DNA of 64,000 bases from Candidatus Bathyarchaeota archaeon. Lineage in GTDB: Archaea > Thermoproteota > Bathyarchaeia > Bathyarchaeales > Bathycorpusculaceae. Of the stretch, positions 44,332 through 53,538 are shown one piece after another. The stretch spans positions 1,856,001-1,920,000 of the forward strand of contig OY970340.1 of the NCBI GenBank assembly GCA_963717465.1, read 5' to 3'. Position numbers and translations under genes: made by a program. Position 1 is the first letter of the stretch, and each line of letters opens with the position of its first letter. The notes beneath the pieces are model-generated. The model ran no database searches, was not told where the DNA came from, and saw nothing but the letters and a program-made list of their open reading frames with translations.

Positions 44332-45267
44332 ATGAGTGATTTTAACATGGCTCCAAAGGTAACCATCGGGGTGTGCGTGAAGAATTCAGAAAAAACTATC
44401 AGAGAATCTGTCAGCAGTGTTATTAATCAGAAGTATCCAACAGAATTTATTCAGATCATTATTGTAGATGGATGTAGCAAAGATAAAACAATGTCTATCA
44501 TATATAATGTGATTGAAAAGACTAGTATGAAAGTTGAAATTTACTCGGATAAAAGCGGAGGGATAAGTAAAGCAAGGCAACACGTGGTGAACAAAGCAAA
44601 TGGTAAGTACATAATTTTTGTTGATTCTGACGTTAAACTTTTCGATGATTTCACGAAGAAGCTTGTGGGTTTCATGGATGAAAACCCAAAAGTTGGCGTA
44701 GCTTTCGGGAAGCCTATGTATCAAGAAGGAGGGGCGCTAGTTTCTGCGGTTAGAGATTTGTATTGGTACGCTATAGGTGGATTTTTAGGAAATAGTGCGA
44801 CTATTTACCGGCCTGAAGCCATACATGAAGTGTGCGGTTTCGATCAGAACATCAAAGGAGCTGGGGAGGATACCGATTTAATAAATAGAATTCGAGCAAA
44901 GGGTTGGTTAGTTTCCGTAGGTGAGAAAGCAAGATTCTTTCATAAAAGTAGAGAGAATCTTAGAGAGTTCTGGCTTGAGCAATATTGGTTTGGTTATGGA
45001 GACCATTACATATCTCACAAAAACAAGAATGGAAACCAATTGTGGCACAGACTTCCGATTGGGTCCTTTAGATACGGATTAAGAGTGGCCATCAAAGCTT
45101 ATAGACTAACCCATATAAAGATATCTTTTCTCATTCCCTTGCAGTCGGTTTTTGGAAACATATCTTGGTGGTTCGGATTTGTCAAAGGGCACATAGAAGG
45201 TTATGGGCATGTGAGCCCAGAGAATTTTTTTTCCATAGTTAATGAAAAATTTTCTCAACACGTTTGA
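44332..45267 (+). CDS. GT2 glycosyltransferase
   Basis: VTIGVCVKNSE, FVDSD, GAGEDTD; paralog of the 5136 and 6041 genes. Confidence 0.9.
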   Translation: MSDFNMAPKVTIGVCVKNSEKTIRESVSSVINQKYPTEFIQIIIVDGCSKDKTMSIIYNVIEKTSMKVEIYSDKSGGISKARQHVVNKANGKYIIFVDSDVKLFDDFTKKLVGFMDENPKVGVAFGKPMYQEGGALVSAVRDLYWYAIGGFLGNSATIYRPEAIHEVCGFDQNIKGAGEDTDLINRIRAKGWLVSVGEKARFFHKSRENLREFWLEQYWFGYGDHYISHKNKNGNQLWHRLPIGSFRYGLRVAIKAYRLTHIKISFLIPLQSVFGNISWWFGFVKGHIEGYGHVSPENFFSIVNEKFSQHV

Positions 45268-45333
45268 GTTCGGATTCGAAGAAGTGGCTCTTTGATGATT
45301 TACCGCAAATTGACACTGAGTTGACGCTGATAC

Positions 45334-47493
45334 ATGAGAGACATTTTGTTAGTTATACCAATCATGACCGTCTTTGCCAATTTTGCAATTTTACTAGATA
45401 TTCCCCTTCTTAGAGAAATTATTGTCTTTATTTTCCTATCATTTATACCAGGATTTGCTATTCTTAGACTGTTTAAACTGAAGGAAATCAGTTTTCTGGA
45501 CACTATTCTCTTTTCAGTGGCTCTAAGCATTGCAGTTGTAATGCTTATAGGTTTGTTAGTTAATGAGTTATATCTATTTCTTGGCATCTCTCAATCTTTG
45601 TCGACTATTCCTCTAACGGTAGCAATATCTACTTTTACGTTGACTGTTTTTTTCGTCGAATACTTCAGACGCGATTTATCAATAACTTGGCAGCTGAAAA
45701 CGAGTTTTGAACACGAATTTAAAAAACCTGTTTTCCCTTTACTCATAATCCTATTTATTCTTCCTCTCCTCAGTGCAATAGGCGTTTTGTATTTTAATTC
45801 CTCTGTTATTCTCCTTTCCGAAGCAATTATCGCTGCTTTGTGTATACTGAGCGTTGTATCTAGAAGACTGGTTCCAGAAAACTTTTTTCCTTTTTTGATT
45901 TTTTCGATTTCTTTGGCTCTTATTTGCCAAGTTCTGTTAACTACAAAATATGTTGTGATCGTCGACGCTAACCTTGAATATTACGTTTTCAGGTTGACGC
46001 AGATAAGTGGACACTGGGGTTTTCTTAACGCCAATGTTAACTCGTTGATAACGCTCACCTATGACTCTATGCTTTCGATCACCTTGTTGCCTGCAGTCTA
46101 TTCTACTTTGATGAATGCTCAGAGTGGAGTAGTTTTCAAAATTTTGTACCCTTTCATCTTTTGCTTCGTACCGTTAGCTCTGTACCGAATTTGCGAAAAA
46201 CAGTTCGGGAAATTGATTGGGCTCCTCTCCGCGCTCTTTTTTGTTTTCACTTCTACAGCTTTTTACGGTGAACCTTTAGGTCTCAACAGGCAAATTGTTG
46301 GCGAACTTTTTTTTATTCTCTCAATTTTCCTTTTGATAAGCAAAACCATACCATTAAAACAACGAAGATACCTCCTGATTATTTTTGGGACTGCTTTGGT
46401 AGTATCGCATTACTCCCTTGCTTACATTTATCTGGCTATAGTGACTATTCTTTTCATTATCTCACGAGTGAAGCCTCGATTTGATGACACACTTAATACT
46501 TCGACTGTGTTGCTTCTTTTTGGGATAACTTTTGCATGGTACAGTCTAGGGTCGAGTGCGCCATTAATGTCATTGGTTAACACCATTAAACTGACTTTCG
46601 GGGATTTAACTAAAGGTGTGTCGCCTACAACAGGGTCAGCATCCAATATGTTCTTTGTTCCTCAAGTTTTTACCATAGCTACGTGGATTAATCTATTAGT
46701 ATCGGGCATTGCAAACCTTTTCTTGATTATAGGAGTTCTCTCAATAAAAGGACACAGAATTTCCGCACAGTATAAAGTGATGATAACTATAGCTGGAATC
46801 ATCTTGGTCGCTTCCTTCATCGCCCCGAGCATTGCATCAAGTCTCAATTTCACCAGATTCTACGGCATAACTCTGTTGTTTTTGTCGCCTTGCTTTGTTT
46901 TAGGAGGTAAGACGCTTCTTGTAATAACAGAAAAAGCTTGGACGAAAATTAAGTTGACTCTAAAACGTAAAACTATCTCAAAAAGCAAGAATTTAAACCT
47001 GGTGTTCTTGCTAATTGCGATTTTGCTGAGCGCATATTTTCTTTCGCAAGTGGGATTTATAAACCTCGTGACCAATGGTGAAATTCATACTTATAACGTT
47101 GATTTTTATAGAATGATCACGTCGAACGATAGCAATGCCAAAATTAGTCTTTACGACATCTACATTCCAGAGCAAGATGTATCCAGTGCAACTTGGTTAT
47201 CCAACTATAAGATTGAAACAGCAACAGTATTCGCTGATTACCTATCTGAATCTCACGTACTTATTAGCTACGGCTTAATTCCAAACAAACTATTACTTCC
47301 CATAACTAATACAACAATTCCACCGCAAGGTAGCTTCATCTACTTAGGAAGCTTAAATATAGTGAATGGCGTCATAACTACCACTACTACTGCTTCATAC
47401 AACACATCTCAAATTTCCTCCCTTCTCGATCAAAACGATCTAGTATATTCAAATGGCAATAGTGAGATCTGGTATGTTGCGCCTACCCATTGA
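45334..47493 (+). CDS. DUF2206-like polytopic membrane protein
   Basis: MLSITLLP, FKILYP, LNRQIVGELF, SHY, TRFY, VYSNG; paralog of 10084..12213. Confidence 0.85.
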   Translation: MRDILLVIPIMTVFANFAILLDIPLLREIIVFIFLSFIPGFAILRLFKLKEISFLDTILFSVALSIAVVMLIGLLVNELYLFLGISQSLSTIPLTVAISTFTLTVFFVEYFRRDLSITWQLKTSFEHEFKKPVFPLLIILFILPLLSAIGVLYFNSSVILLSEAIIAALCILSVVSRRLVPENFFPFLIFSISLALICQVLLTTKYVVIVDANLEYYVFRLTQISGHWGFLNANVNSLITLTYDSMLSITLLPAVYSTLMNAQSGVVFKILYPFIFCFVPLALYRICEKQFGKLIGLLSALFFVFTSTAFYGEPLGLNRQIVGELFFILSIFLLISKTIPLKQRRYLLIIFGTALVVSHYSLAYIYLAIVTILFIISRVKPRFDDTLNTSTVLLLFGITFAWYSLGSSAPLMSLVNTIKLTFGDLTKGVSPTTGSASNMFFVPQVFTIATWINLLVSGIANLFLIIGVLSIKGHRISAQYKVMITIAGIILVASFIAPSIASSLNFTRFYGITLLFLSPCFVLGGKTLLVITEKAWTKIKLTLKRKTISKSKNLNLVFLLIAILLSAYFLSQVGFINLVTNGEIHTYNVDFYRMITSNDSNAKISLYDIYIPEQDVSSATWLSNYKIETATVFADYLSESHVLISYGLIPNKLLLPITNTTIPPQGSFIYLGSLNIVNGVITTTTTASYNTSQISSLLDQNDLVYSNGNSEIWYVAPTH

Positions 47494-47759
47494 TTTATTG
47501 TAAGAATTCAGAGCCAATTATTTTGCACGCAACGCCGCCCCCTAACTAAAAACTATTGCAGATCCGAGTGGTCATCAACGTTTGATGCTCTGTGGTTTAA
47601 TGCCTAGTAAGGACGCTTTGTTAGAGGATTCAATCAAAGAAGATCAAACCAGATGAATCCCAAAAAATCTTTGATAGAGAAATAGTAACAACTAAATTGG
47701 CACAGCGCGCTGATTTATTTTAAACCAGTCTGAGCGCTTGTCTTTTGGAGAGATAGAAA

Positions 47760-48554
47760 TTGAGCTACCAAGCCGGTATTCTGGAGAATGAACTCGAATA
47801 TTTAGAAATTACCACTAAAATCGGGTGCCCAGTTAATTGTTTAAAGTATTGTCCTCAAGAAGTGACTACGACCAGATATTCTGGAAAGAGAACACTTTCT
47901 ATAGATGATTGGGAAATAATGCTGAATCATATTCCGAAGAAACTGCCTCTTGTCTTCTCTGGTTTCTGTGAACCTTTCGCAAACAACCAAGTTGTCGATC
48001 TGATTGAAATGGCTCATAAAGCTAAGCATCCTATAGGTATCTTTACAACTCTTTACCAAGCATCTCGAATTGACGTAGGAAAACTGATTAAATATCCGTT
48101 TTTGATGTTCTGCCTTCATCTGCCCGATGGTAATGCTATGAAGATTCCCATGTCGCAAGAGTACAAAGACAATGTATTCACCGTTCTCTGTAACGTCAGG
48201 AATGTTCGCTTTTGTATTATGAATGACCTTTTCAAAAGCTCAAATCGAGAGAACATAACAAGGGGCGATTTAATAAAGCGCAAACGTTTTAGATTTTGTG
48301 CTAAGTTGGACCATCCGCAGTTTATCTTGCTCCCGAATGGCGATGTAAGCTTGTGTTGCATGGATTTCAGTTTATCTAATGTATTGGGAAACCTGTTGGC
48401 TGAGAACTACATAGATGTAAAGCGGAGGTTTTTGGCACGTAAGAGAACATTTGAGCTATGCTCTTATTGCTACGCTAATGTTTCTCCTCTTAAGACTTTA
48501 TATAACCATTCAAAACGTAAAGCTGCAAAATATTTTCATAGCGCATTTTACTAA
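47760..48554 (+). CDS. Radical SAM protein with SPASM/twitch-like C-terminus
   Basis: GCPVNCLKYCPQ, SGFCEP, PNGDVSLCCMD..GNL..CSYC. Confidence 0.82.
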   Translation: MSYQAGILENELEYLEITTKIGCPVNCLKYCPQEVTTTRYSGKRTLSIDDWEIMLNHIPKKLPLVFSGFCEPFANNQVVDLIEMAHKAKHPIGIFTTLYQASRIDVGKLIKYPFLMFCLHLPDGNAMKIPMSQEYKDNVFTVLCNVRNVRFCIMNDLFKSSNRENITRGDLIKRKRFRFCAKLDHPQFILLPNGDVSLCCMDFSLSNVLGNLLAENYIDVKRRFLARKRTFELCSYCYANVSPLKTLYNHSKRKAAKYFHSAFY

Positions 48555-49125
48555 TTATTATTGTGTTGTATTATCCTTTATGCATCATTTGTTTTATTCA
48601 GCGATGTCAGCGGTTGTTTCTAGCTCGTTGTAGCTTACTAAAGCAAAAGTAAAGGTCAAAGGTATCGTTGCAGAATCAATTGACAGGTGTAACTTGTTGC
48701 CGAGTAAGACTATTTTGCCCACCCTCCCCACTCGGGCGACCTTGCCCGAATAGCCCTTGTGGTTGTCCACTGAATGCCGTTTGCTTTAGGCTTCAATAAA
48801 TAACGCTGAGCTATTGAACCAAGAGGTCATAAAACCCTTTAGTATCTACCACTTTTTCTGGTGGTAGATTCGTGCGTGGCAAGTTAAATAATTTATTTTT
48901 AGCTGTGGACGCACTTTTTGGCTTTAGGGGGGCCTCAGAAATGCCTCTTCCTGGGCTGAAGAGTGACGGTGCGCCCCTGTCGTGTGAAGAGCGTCACTCC
49001 GTTTTGGGCGACGACCGAGACTGTTCCAGCAGAAATATTTAATACTTAGGCGAACAGTTGCTTCCTGAATCAACGAGATAAGCGGTACTGCCTGAAATGG
49101 GGCTTGCGATGTAAATGACTGGATT

Positions 49126-50640
49126 TTAGCCGAAATTGTTTATCATTGTGTTTTCTGGGACGTTGGTATCGTAAATTTGCATGTATAAGTTATCGTACAC
49201 ATGGTTTTCTATCAGAACGTTGTTGCATGCGCCTGGATCCACAGATATGCCGTATTCTTGTGTTCTGGCGGCGCCTGAGCGGTCGTCAAAGGCTTGATTT
49301 TGGCTGATATAATTGTAGTTTCCACTTATTTCTATACCACTTCCACCATAAGTCATACCCCAATGGATCCCTGAGAGTTGGTCGTAAACTGTATTTGTAC
49401 TTACTGTATTGTTGTTGCTCGCCGAGTCAAGATAGATTCCGCCGCTACCGCACTGAGAAATTATATTTCCGCAAATGGTGTTGAAACCCGCACCGTAGAG
49501 ATATATTCCGATACCACCATTATATGATGTTGTATTGCAGTACATTCCAGTTACTTGATTATCTAAAACGGAGTTGTATTCACAACTAGTACCATACTGT
49601 TTTGTTAATACAATTCCGTATTGAGGTCGGCTTGTGCTGTTGCTTGTTATGGTATTCTGTGAAATAGTATTATTGTTGCAACTACTATCTTCTATTCCGA
49701 TAGAGCAGTTTCGGACGGTGTTTTGTGTTATTAAATCGTTGCACCCTCCCTCTATAGCGATGCCCCATTCAGCGTCTCCGCCACCACCTGTTGTTCCATT
49801 AAGGTCGTGAACATAATTTTCCGTTATAGTTGAGCCTATGCCATACGATGTTGCTCCCACATCACTGCAACCGTAGATTTCGCTATTAACCAAGTAACAA
49901 TCTACATCGGTCGACTGCCCTATGATAAAACCGTTCCAACCGCAGTCATAAATTTTGCTATTAATAACGCCGCTGTGAGTAGCTGTTATGGAACCAGAGG
50001 GCAGAGTCCAAATGCTTGCATCTACTCCAAACACACGACAATCGTAAATTACAGCGTTAGTAATCTCATCATTAGAACCAGCGATATATACGCCGTCTGG
50101 TTGGTTGGGAAATGAACCTACAACTTGGTTGGCTGCATTGCCGTCTATTGTTACACCCGATATAACACAGTTATTGACATTGTTTAGGAGTAGAACAGGA
50201 GCGTTCAAATTATTGGCCGCAGCAAGTTCAGCTCCGTTTTCAAAATTTAGAGTAATGCTATTAATGTTAGATAGAGTCCATGAGGTAATTACTGAATACA
50301 CGCCGCTCTCAACATCGATCCTACCACCAGCGGGGCAATCCTCAACAGCATCACTGAACACTCGACTAGAATTTGGGCTTTGAAAGACTATTTGTCCCGT
50401 GGCTCCATCTACCATTTGGTAATTTGAGCCTGAGACGCTTAATATGTAGGAGTATGGTTCAGTTAGTGTAGACGTTGGCGATAGTATAGGTGTTTGTTTA
50501 AGTGTCGGCGTTGAAGTTTGTTGGATGTCTCCGCTAGAAAATAAAGTCAAACTTGGTCCAATTATGCTGGCTGAGAAAACCGTGAGTAGCATTCCGATGC
50601 ACATTGTTATGACCGTTAGCACGCGAATCTTGGTGTTCAT
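49126..50640 (-). CDS. Secreted right-handed parallel beta-helix (pectin-lyase/NosD-like) protein
   Basis: N-terminal hydrophobic signal; IDGNAANQ; repeated GI-x-I..N-x-I-xx-N-x-I; TQEYGI. Confidence 0.87.
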   Translation of the reverse strand: MNTKIRVLTVITMCIGMLLTVFSASIIGPSLTLFSSGDIQQTSTPTLKQTPILSPTSTLTEPYSYILSVSGSNYQMVDGATGQIVFQSPNSSRVFSDAVEDCPAGGRIDVESGVYSVITSWTLSNINSITLNFENGAELAAANNLNAPVLLLNNVNNCVISGVTIDGNAANQVVGSFPNQPDGVYIAGSNDEITNAVIYDCRVFGVDASIWTLPSGSITATHSGVINSKIYDCGWNGFIIGQSTDVDCYLVNSEIYGCSDVGATSYGIGSTITENYVHDLNGTTGGGGDAEWGIAIEGGCNDLITQNTVRNCSIGIEDSSCNNNTISQNTITSNSTSRPQYGIVLTKQYGTSCEYNSVLDNQVTGMYCNTTSYNGGIGIYLYGAGFNTICGNIISQCGSGGIYLDSASNNNTVSTNTVYDQLSGIHWGMTYGGSGIEISGNYNYISQNQAFDDRSGAARTQEYGISVDPGACNNVLIENHVYDNLYMQIYDTNVPENTMINNFG

Positions 50641-50666
50641 GTTCTGACCTTAACGTTGAATTCGCA

Positions 50667-50706
50667 AGTAAGTATTAATACTTACTACTTACTACTTACT
50701 ACTTAA
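50667..50706. repeat. 20-bp perfect palindrome extended by a (TACTTAC)x3.9 tandem
   Basis: AGTAAGTATTAATACTTACT at 50667-50686; heptamers start at 50679, 50686, 50693 and 50700. Confidence 0.85.
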
Positions 50707-50822
50707 TAAAATTTATATATTAATACTATGCTCGGCTTGCTTTACAATTAAAGTTGATAAACCAGGATCAAAAATGGCGTTATTATTGGTCTAATTCAAA
50801 ACTCATTATGGTGTAGTTCAAG

Positions 50823-51905
50823 TTGAAAATTTCTATTATCTTGGGGACTAGGCCTGAAATAGTAAAATGTTCGCCAATAATCCGTGAATGCGACAGGTTA
50901 AGCTTGGATTATTTTATTTTGCACACTGGGCAACATTACTCCTATAATATGGATAAAGTCTTTTTTGAGCAACTTAATCTACCTGGGGCTAAGTATAACC
51001 TTAACGTGGGTTCAGGAAGCCATGGTCAGCAAACAGGTCAGATGCTTGCTGGCGTAGAAAAAGTTTTGATGAAAGAAGCTCCAGACGTTGTAGCAGTTGA
51101 AGGTGATACAAATACCGTTTTAGCTGGTGCTTTAGCGGCAGTGAAACTCGGAATCAAAGTTGGGCACATCGAAGCTGGATTACGCAGTTATGACAGAAAT
51201 ATGCCTGAAGAGGTTAACAGAGTCTTAGTTGATCATTGTTCAGATTACTTGTTTGCTCCAACCCCAAAATCCAAGGAAATATTACTTAAGGAAGGTATAG
51301 ATGAAAGGAAGATATTTCTAGTAGGAAACACGATTGTAGATGCTGTTTACCAGAATTTAGAAATAGCCAAATCAAAAAGCCAAGTTTTTAAAACTTTTAG
51401 ATTGAAAAGCGAAAAATACGTGATAGCTACAACGCACAGACAGGAAAATGTTGATAACAAGGAAAAATTCTCTGGTATTATTCGTGGTTTGCAAATGGTT
51501 AAAAATGAATTCAAGATTCCGATGATTTACCCTATTCATCCTAGGGCAAAAAAGCAACTAGATCAATTCGGCATAGACTACACTGGCATCACGTTGATTG
51601 AACCTTTAGATTATTTAGCCTTTCTACAACTTGAAAGCGAGTCTAAACTAGTCTTAACTGACTCCGGTGGTGTGCAAGAAGAAACCTGTATTCTGGGCGT
51701 TCCGTGTGTTACGTTACGAGATAATACTGAAAGACCTGAGACTTTGGAAGTTGGGTCAAACATACTTGCAGGCACGGACGCTGCCAAAATTCTTAAAGCT
51801 GCTAAAATTAGTTGCGCCCACAAAAAAAGTTGGGTAAACCCGTTTGGCGATGGTACAACTGGCAAAAAAATAGTCAATGTACTAGAAAGCGAACTCGCTA
51901 AGTAA
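50823..51905 (+). CDS. wecB: UDP-N-acetylglucosamine 2-epimerase (non-hydrolysing)
   Basis: GTRPE, HTGQHY, GDTNT, HIEAGLRS, PEEVNR, TDSGGVQEE, TERPE, PFGDG. Confidence 0.96.
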   Translation: MKISIILGTRPEIVKCSPIIRECDRLSLDYFILHTGQHYSYNMDKVFFEQLNLPGAKYNLNVGSGSHGQQTGQMLAGVEKVLMKEAPDVVAVEGDTNTVLAGALAAVKLGIKVGHIEAGLRSYDRNMPEEVNRVLVDHCSDYLFAPTPKSKEILLKEGIDERKIFLVGNTIVDAVYQNLEIAKSKSQVFKTFRLKSEKYVIATTHRQENVDNKEKFSGIIRGLQMVKNEFKIPMIYPIHPRAKKQLDQFGIDYTGITLIEPLDYLAFLQLESESKLVLTDSGGVQEETCILGVPCVTLRDNTERPETLEVGSNILAGTDAAKILKAAKISCAHKKSWVNPFGDGTTGKKIVNVLESELAK

Positions 51906-52237
51906 AGAAAGCTTCACTAATAAGTCAAAAGTTAAGACCAATTTTTGAGTTTCAAGCGCGTCCAGTATTATTTTCTAAATGCTTTTTGTAATATTCCATT
52001 ATAACTAGTGAAAAATCACGCCTCTTCGCAGAGAAAAGCCTGCGGTTCAGCCTAAAAGAGAAGTTGTCAAATGCCACGGCGCGTTTAACCGAAGGGATTT
52101 TTTGGCAGCAGCCATGACGAGTTTGAATAAAATAGCGCGACCAAATAAGCTCTGCTTACTATTTTTTATATTTAATTGCGGACAAACCTTATTTTTGTGA
52201 AAAATAAAGAACAAAACTCTTCAAGGCGCTCTAGAAA

Positions 52238-53086
52238 ATGTCTAAGCCAAAAAAATCCCCCTATAAAATGCCGGCAATTGCAATGCTCACTTTAGCAATA
52301 GTGTTAATAATTATTTCCGCGTTCAACAGTTCCTCTTTTGCAGCAATTTTAGGCGTTACTTTAGCATTCTGGGGCATAATCCTTCTTTATATTTCTCCAG
52401 TTAAACATGTGCCCTTAACAATGCTCAACGCCACATATGACACAAGCAACATCGAACGCCTATTAACATATATGAATATTACACTAAAAGGCGTTTACCT
52501 GCCGCCTAAAAACCTCCCAAACATAGATTCTAATATAGTCATAGATTCTAGTTTGGTCTTCATTCCTGAAACGAGCCAGACTATTGTGCCTCTTCCTGAA
52601 GAAGTAACAAAGTTGTTAACCCCAAGAAAAGACGGATTACTTCTAATTCCGCCGGGCATGAATCTTTGTAAACTTTTCGAGCATGAACTAGGTGGGCCAT
52701 TCGAAAAAATAGACCTTGCCCACCTACAAACTTTGCTTCCAAAATTGCTTATGGAAGACTTGAAGATAGCAGAAAAAGTTGAAATTGACCTTGAAGCAAA
52801 CATAGTAACCGTGAAAGTGACAAAAAGCATTCTATACGAAACATGCGAAGCCACTCAGAAACAGCCTCGCACACATACCCTAGTGGGTTGCCTTTTAAGC
52901 AGTGCTATAGCCTGTGCTCTTGCTAAGGCCTCAGGCCAACCGATAACAATTCTTCAGGAAAAACAAAACCCGGAAACTAAAACCACCCAAACAGACTACG
53001 AAATCTTAACGCTCCTGCCCACTACAGAACCTACAACCACTTCAGCTAAAACCGAACAAGAAAACACCCTTTTTAAAGAGGCGTAA
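52238..53086 (+). CDS. Conserved hypothetical protein (paralog of 18173..18979)
   Basis: LAFWG, VYLPP, PPG, GCLLSSAIACALAK. Confidence 0.8.
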   Translation: MSKPKKSPYKMPAIAMLTLAIVLIIISAFNSSSFAAILGVTLAFWGIILLYISPVKHVPLTMLNATYDTSNIERLLTYMNITLKGVYLPPKNLPNIDSNIVIDSSLVFIPETSQTIVPLPEEVTKLLTPRKDGLLLIPPGMNLCKLFEHELGGPFEKIDLAHLQTLLPKLLMEDLKIAEKVEIDLEANIVTVKVTKSILYETCEATQKQPRTHTLVGCLLSSAIACALAKASGQPITILQEKQNPETKTTQTDYEILTLLPTTEPTTTSAKTEQENTLFKEA

Positions 53087-53088
53087 AC

Positions 53089-53301
53089 TTGCAAATTCCA
53101 CCCTTAACCTTCACAGATATAACTTTCCTTTTAGCTACAAGCAGCATTACACTGCTCATTACAGCCGAACTTGCTTCCCTATACCATGGCCGAACAACCG
53201 TCTTTTTAAACAAGAAAAACCTAGAAAAAGCCGCATTGGTAATTGGTATATTATTTCTATTGACGATTGCAGTAAAAATAATAAATTTAATCACAATATG
53301 A
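53089..53301 (+). CDS. Small 2-TM membrane protein (paralog of 18976..19191)
   Basis: PLT..D....LA...I.LLITAE. Confidence 0.75.
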   Translation: MQIPPLTFTDITFLLATSSITLLITAELASLYHGRTTVFLNKKNLEKAALVIGILFLLTIAVKIINLITI

Positions 53302-53538
53302 AAACTTATGCTGGGCAAGCTTGCAAAAAAGCAAAGAATACCCTAAAACTTCAACAACAATTCGTTAAAACTTAACCAAAAAATTTCCTTGATAACTTTA
53401 ACATGAACAAATTCAAAAAAATGCTCTTGTTATCTGTCCGGAGCAGGGTTTTATCGCTAGCCATTATGTCGATTCATCAATGGCCTCCAATACTCAAGTT
53501 GAAGTTATCGACGAAATCAGTTAACACTAGTGTACCAC

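Noticed and set aside
42650..47760. CAAAAA(A/G)TCTTT recurring in three intergenic spacers
   Set aside because: Short and AT-rich; chance occurrence is plausible.
48969..49030. GTGCGCCC as a group II intron 5' end
   Set aside because: No domain V/VI or reverse transcriptase ORF recognisable.
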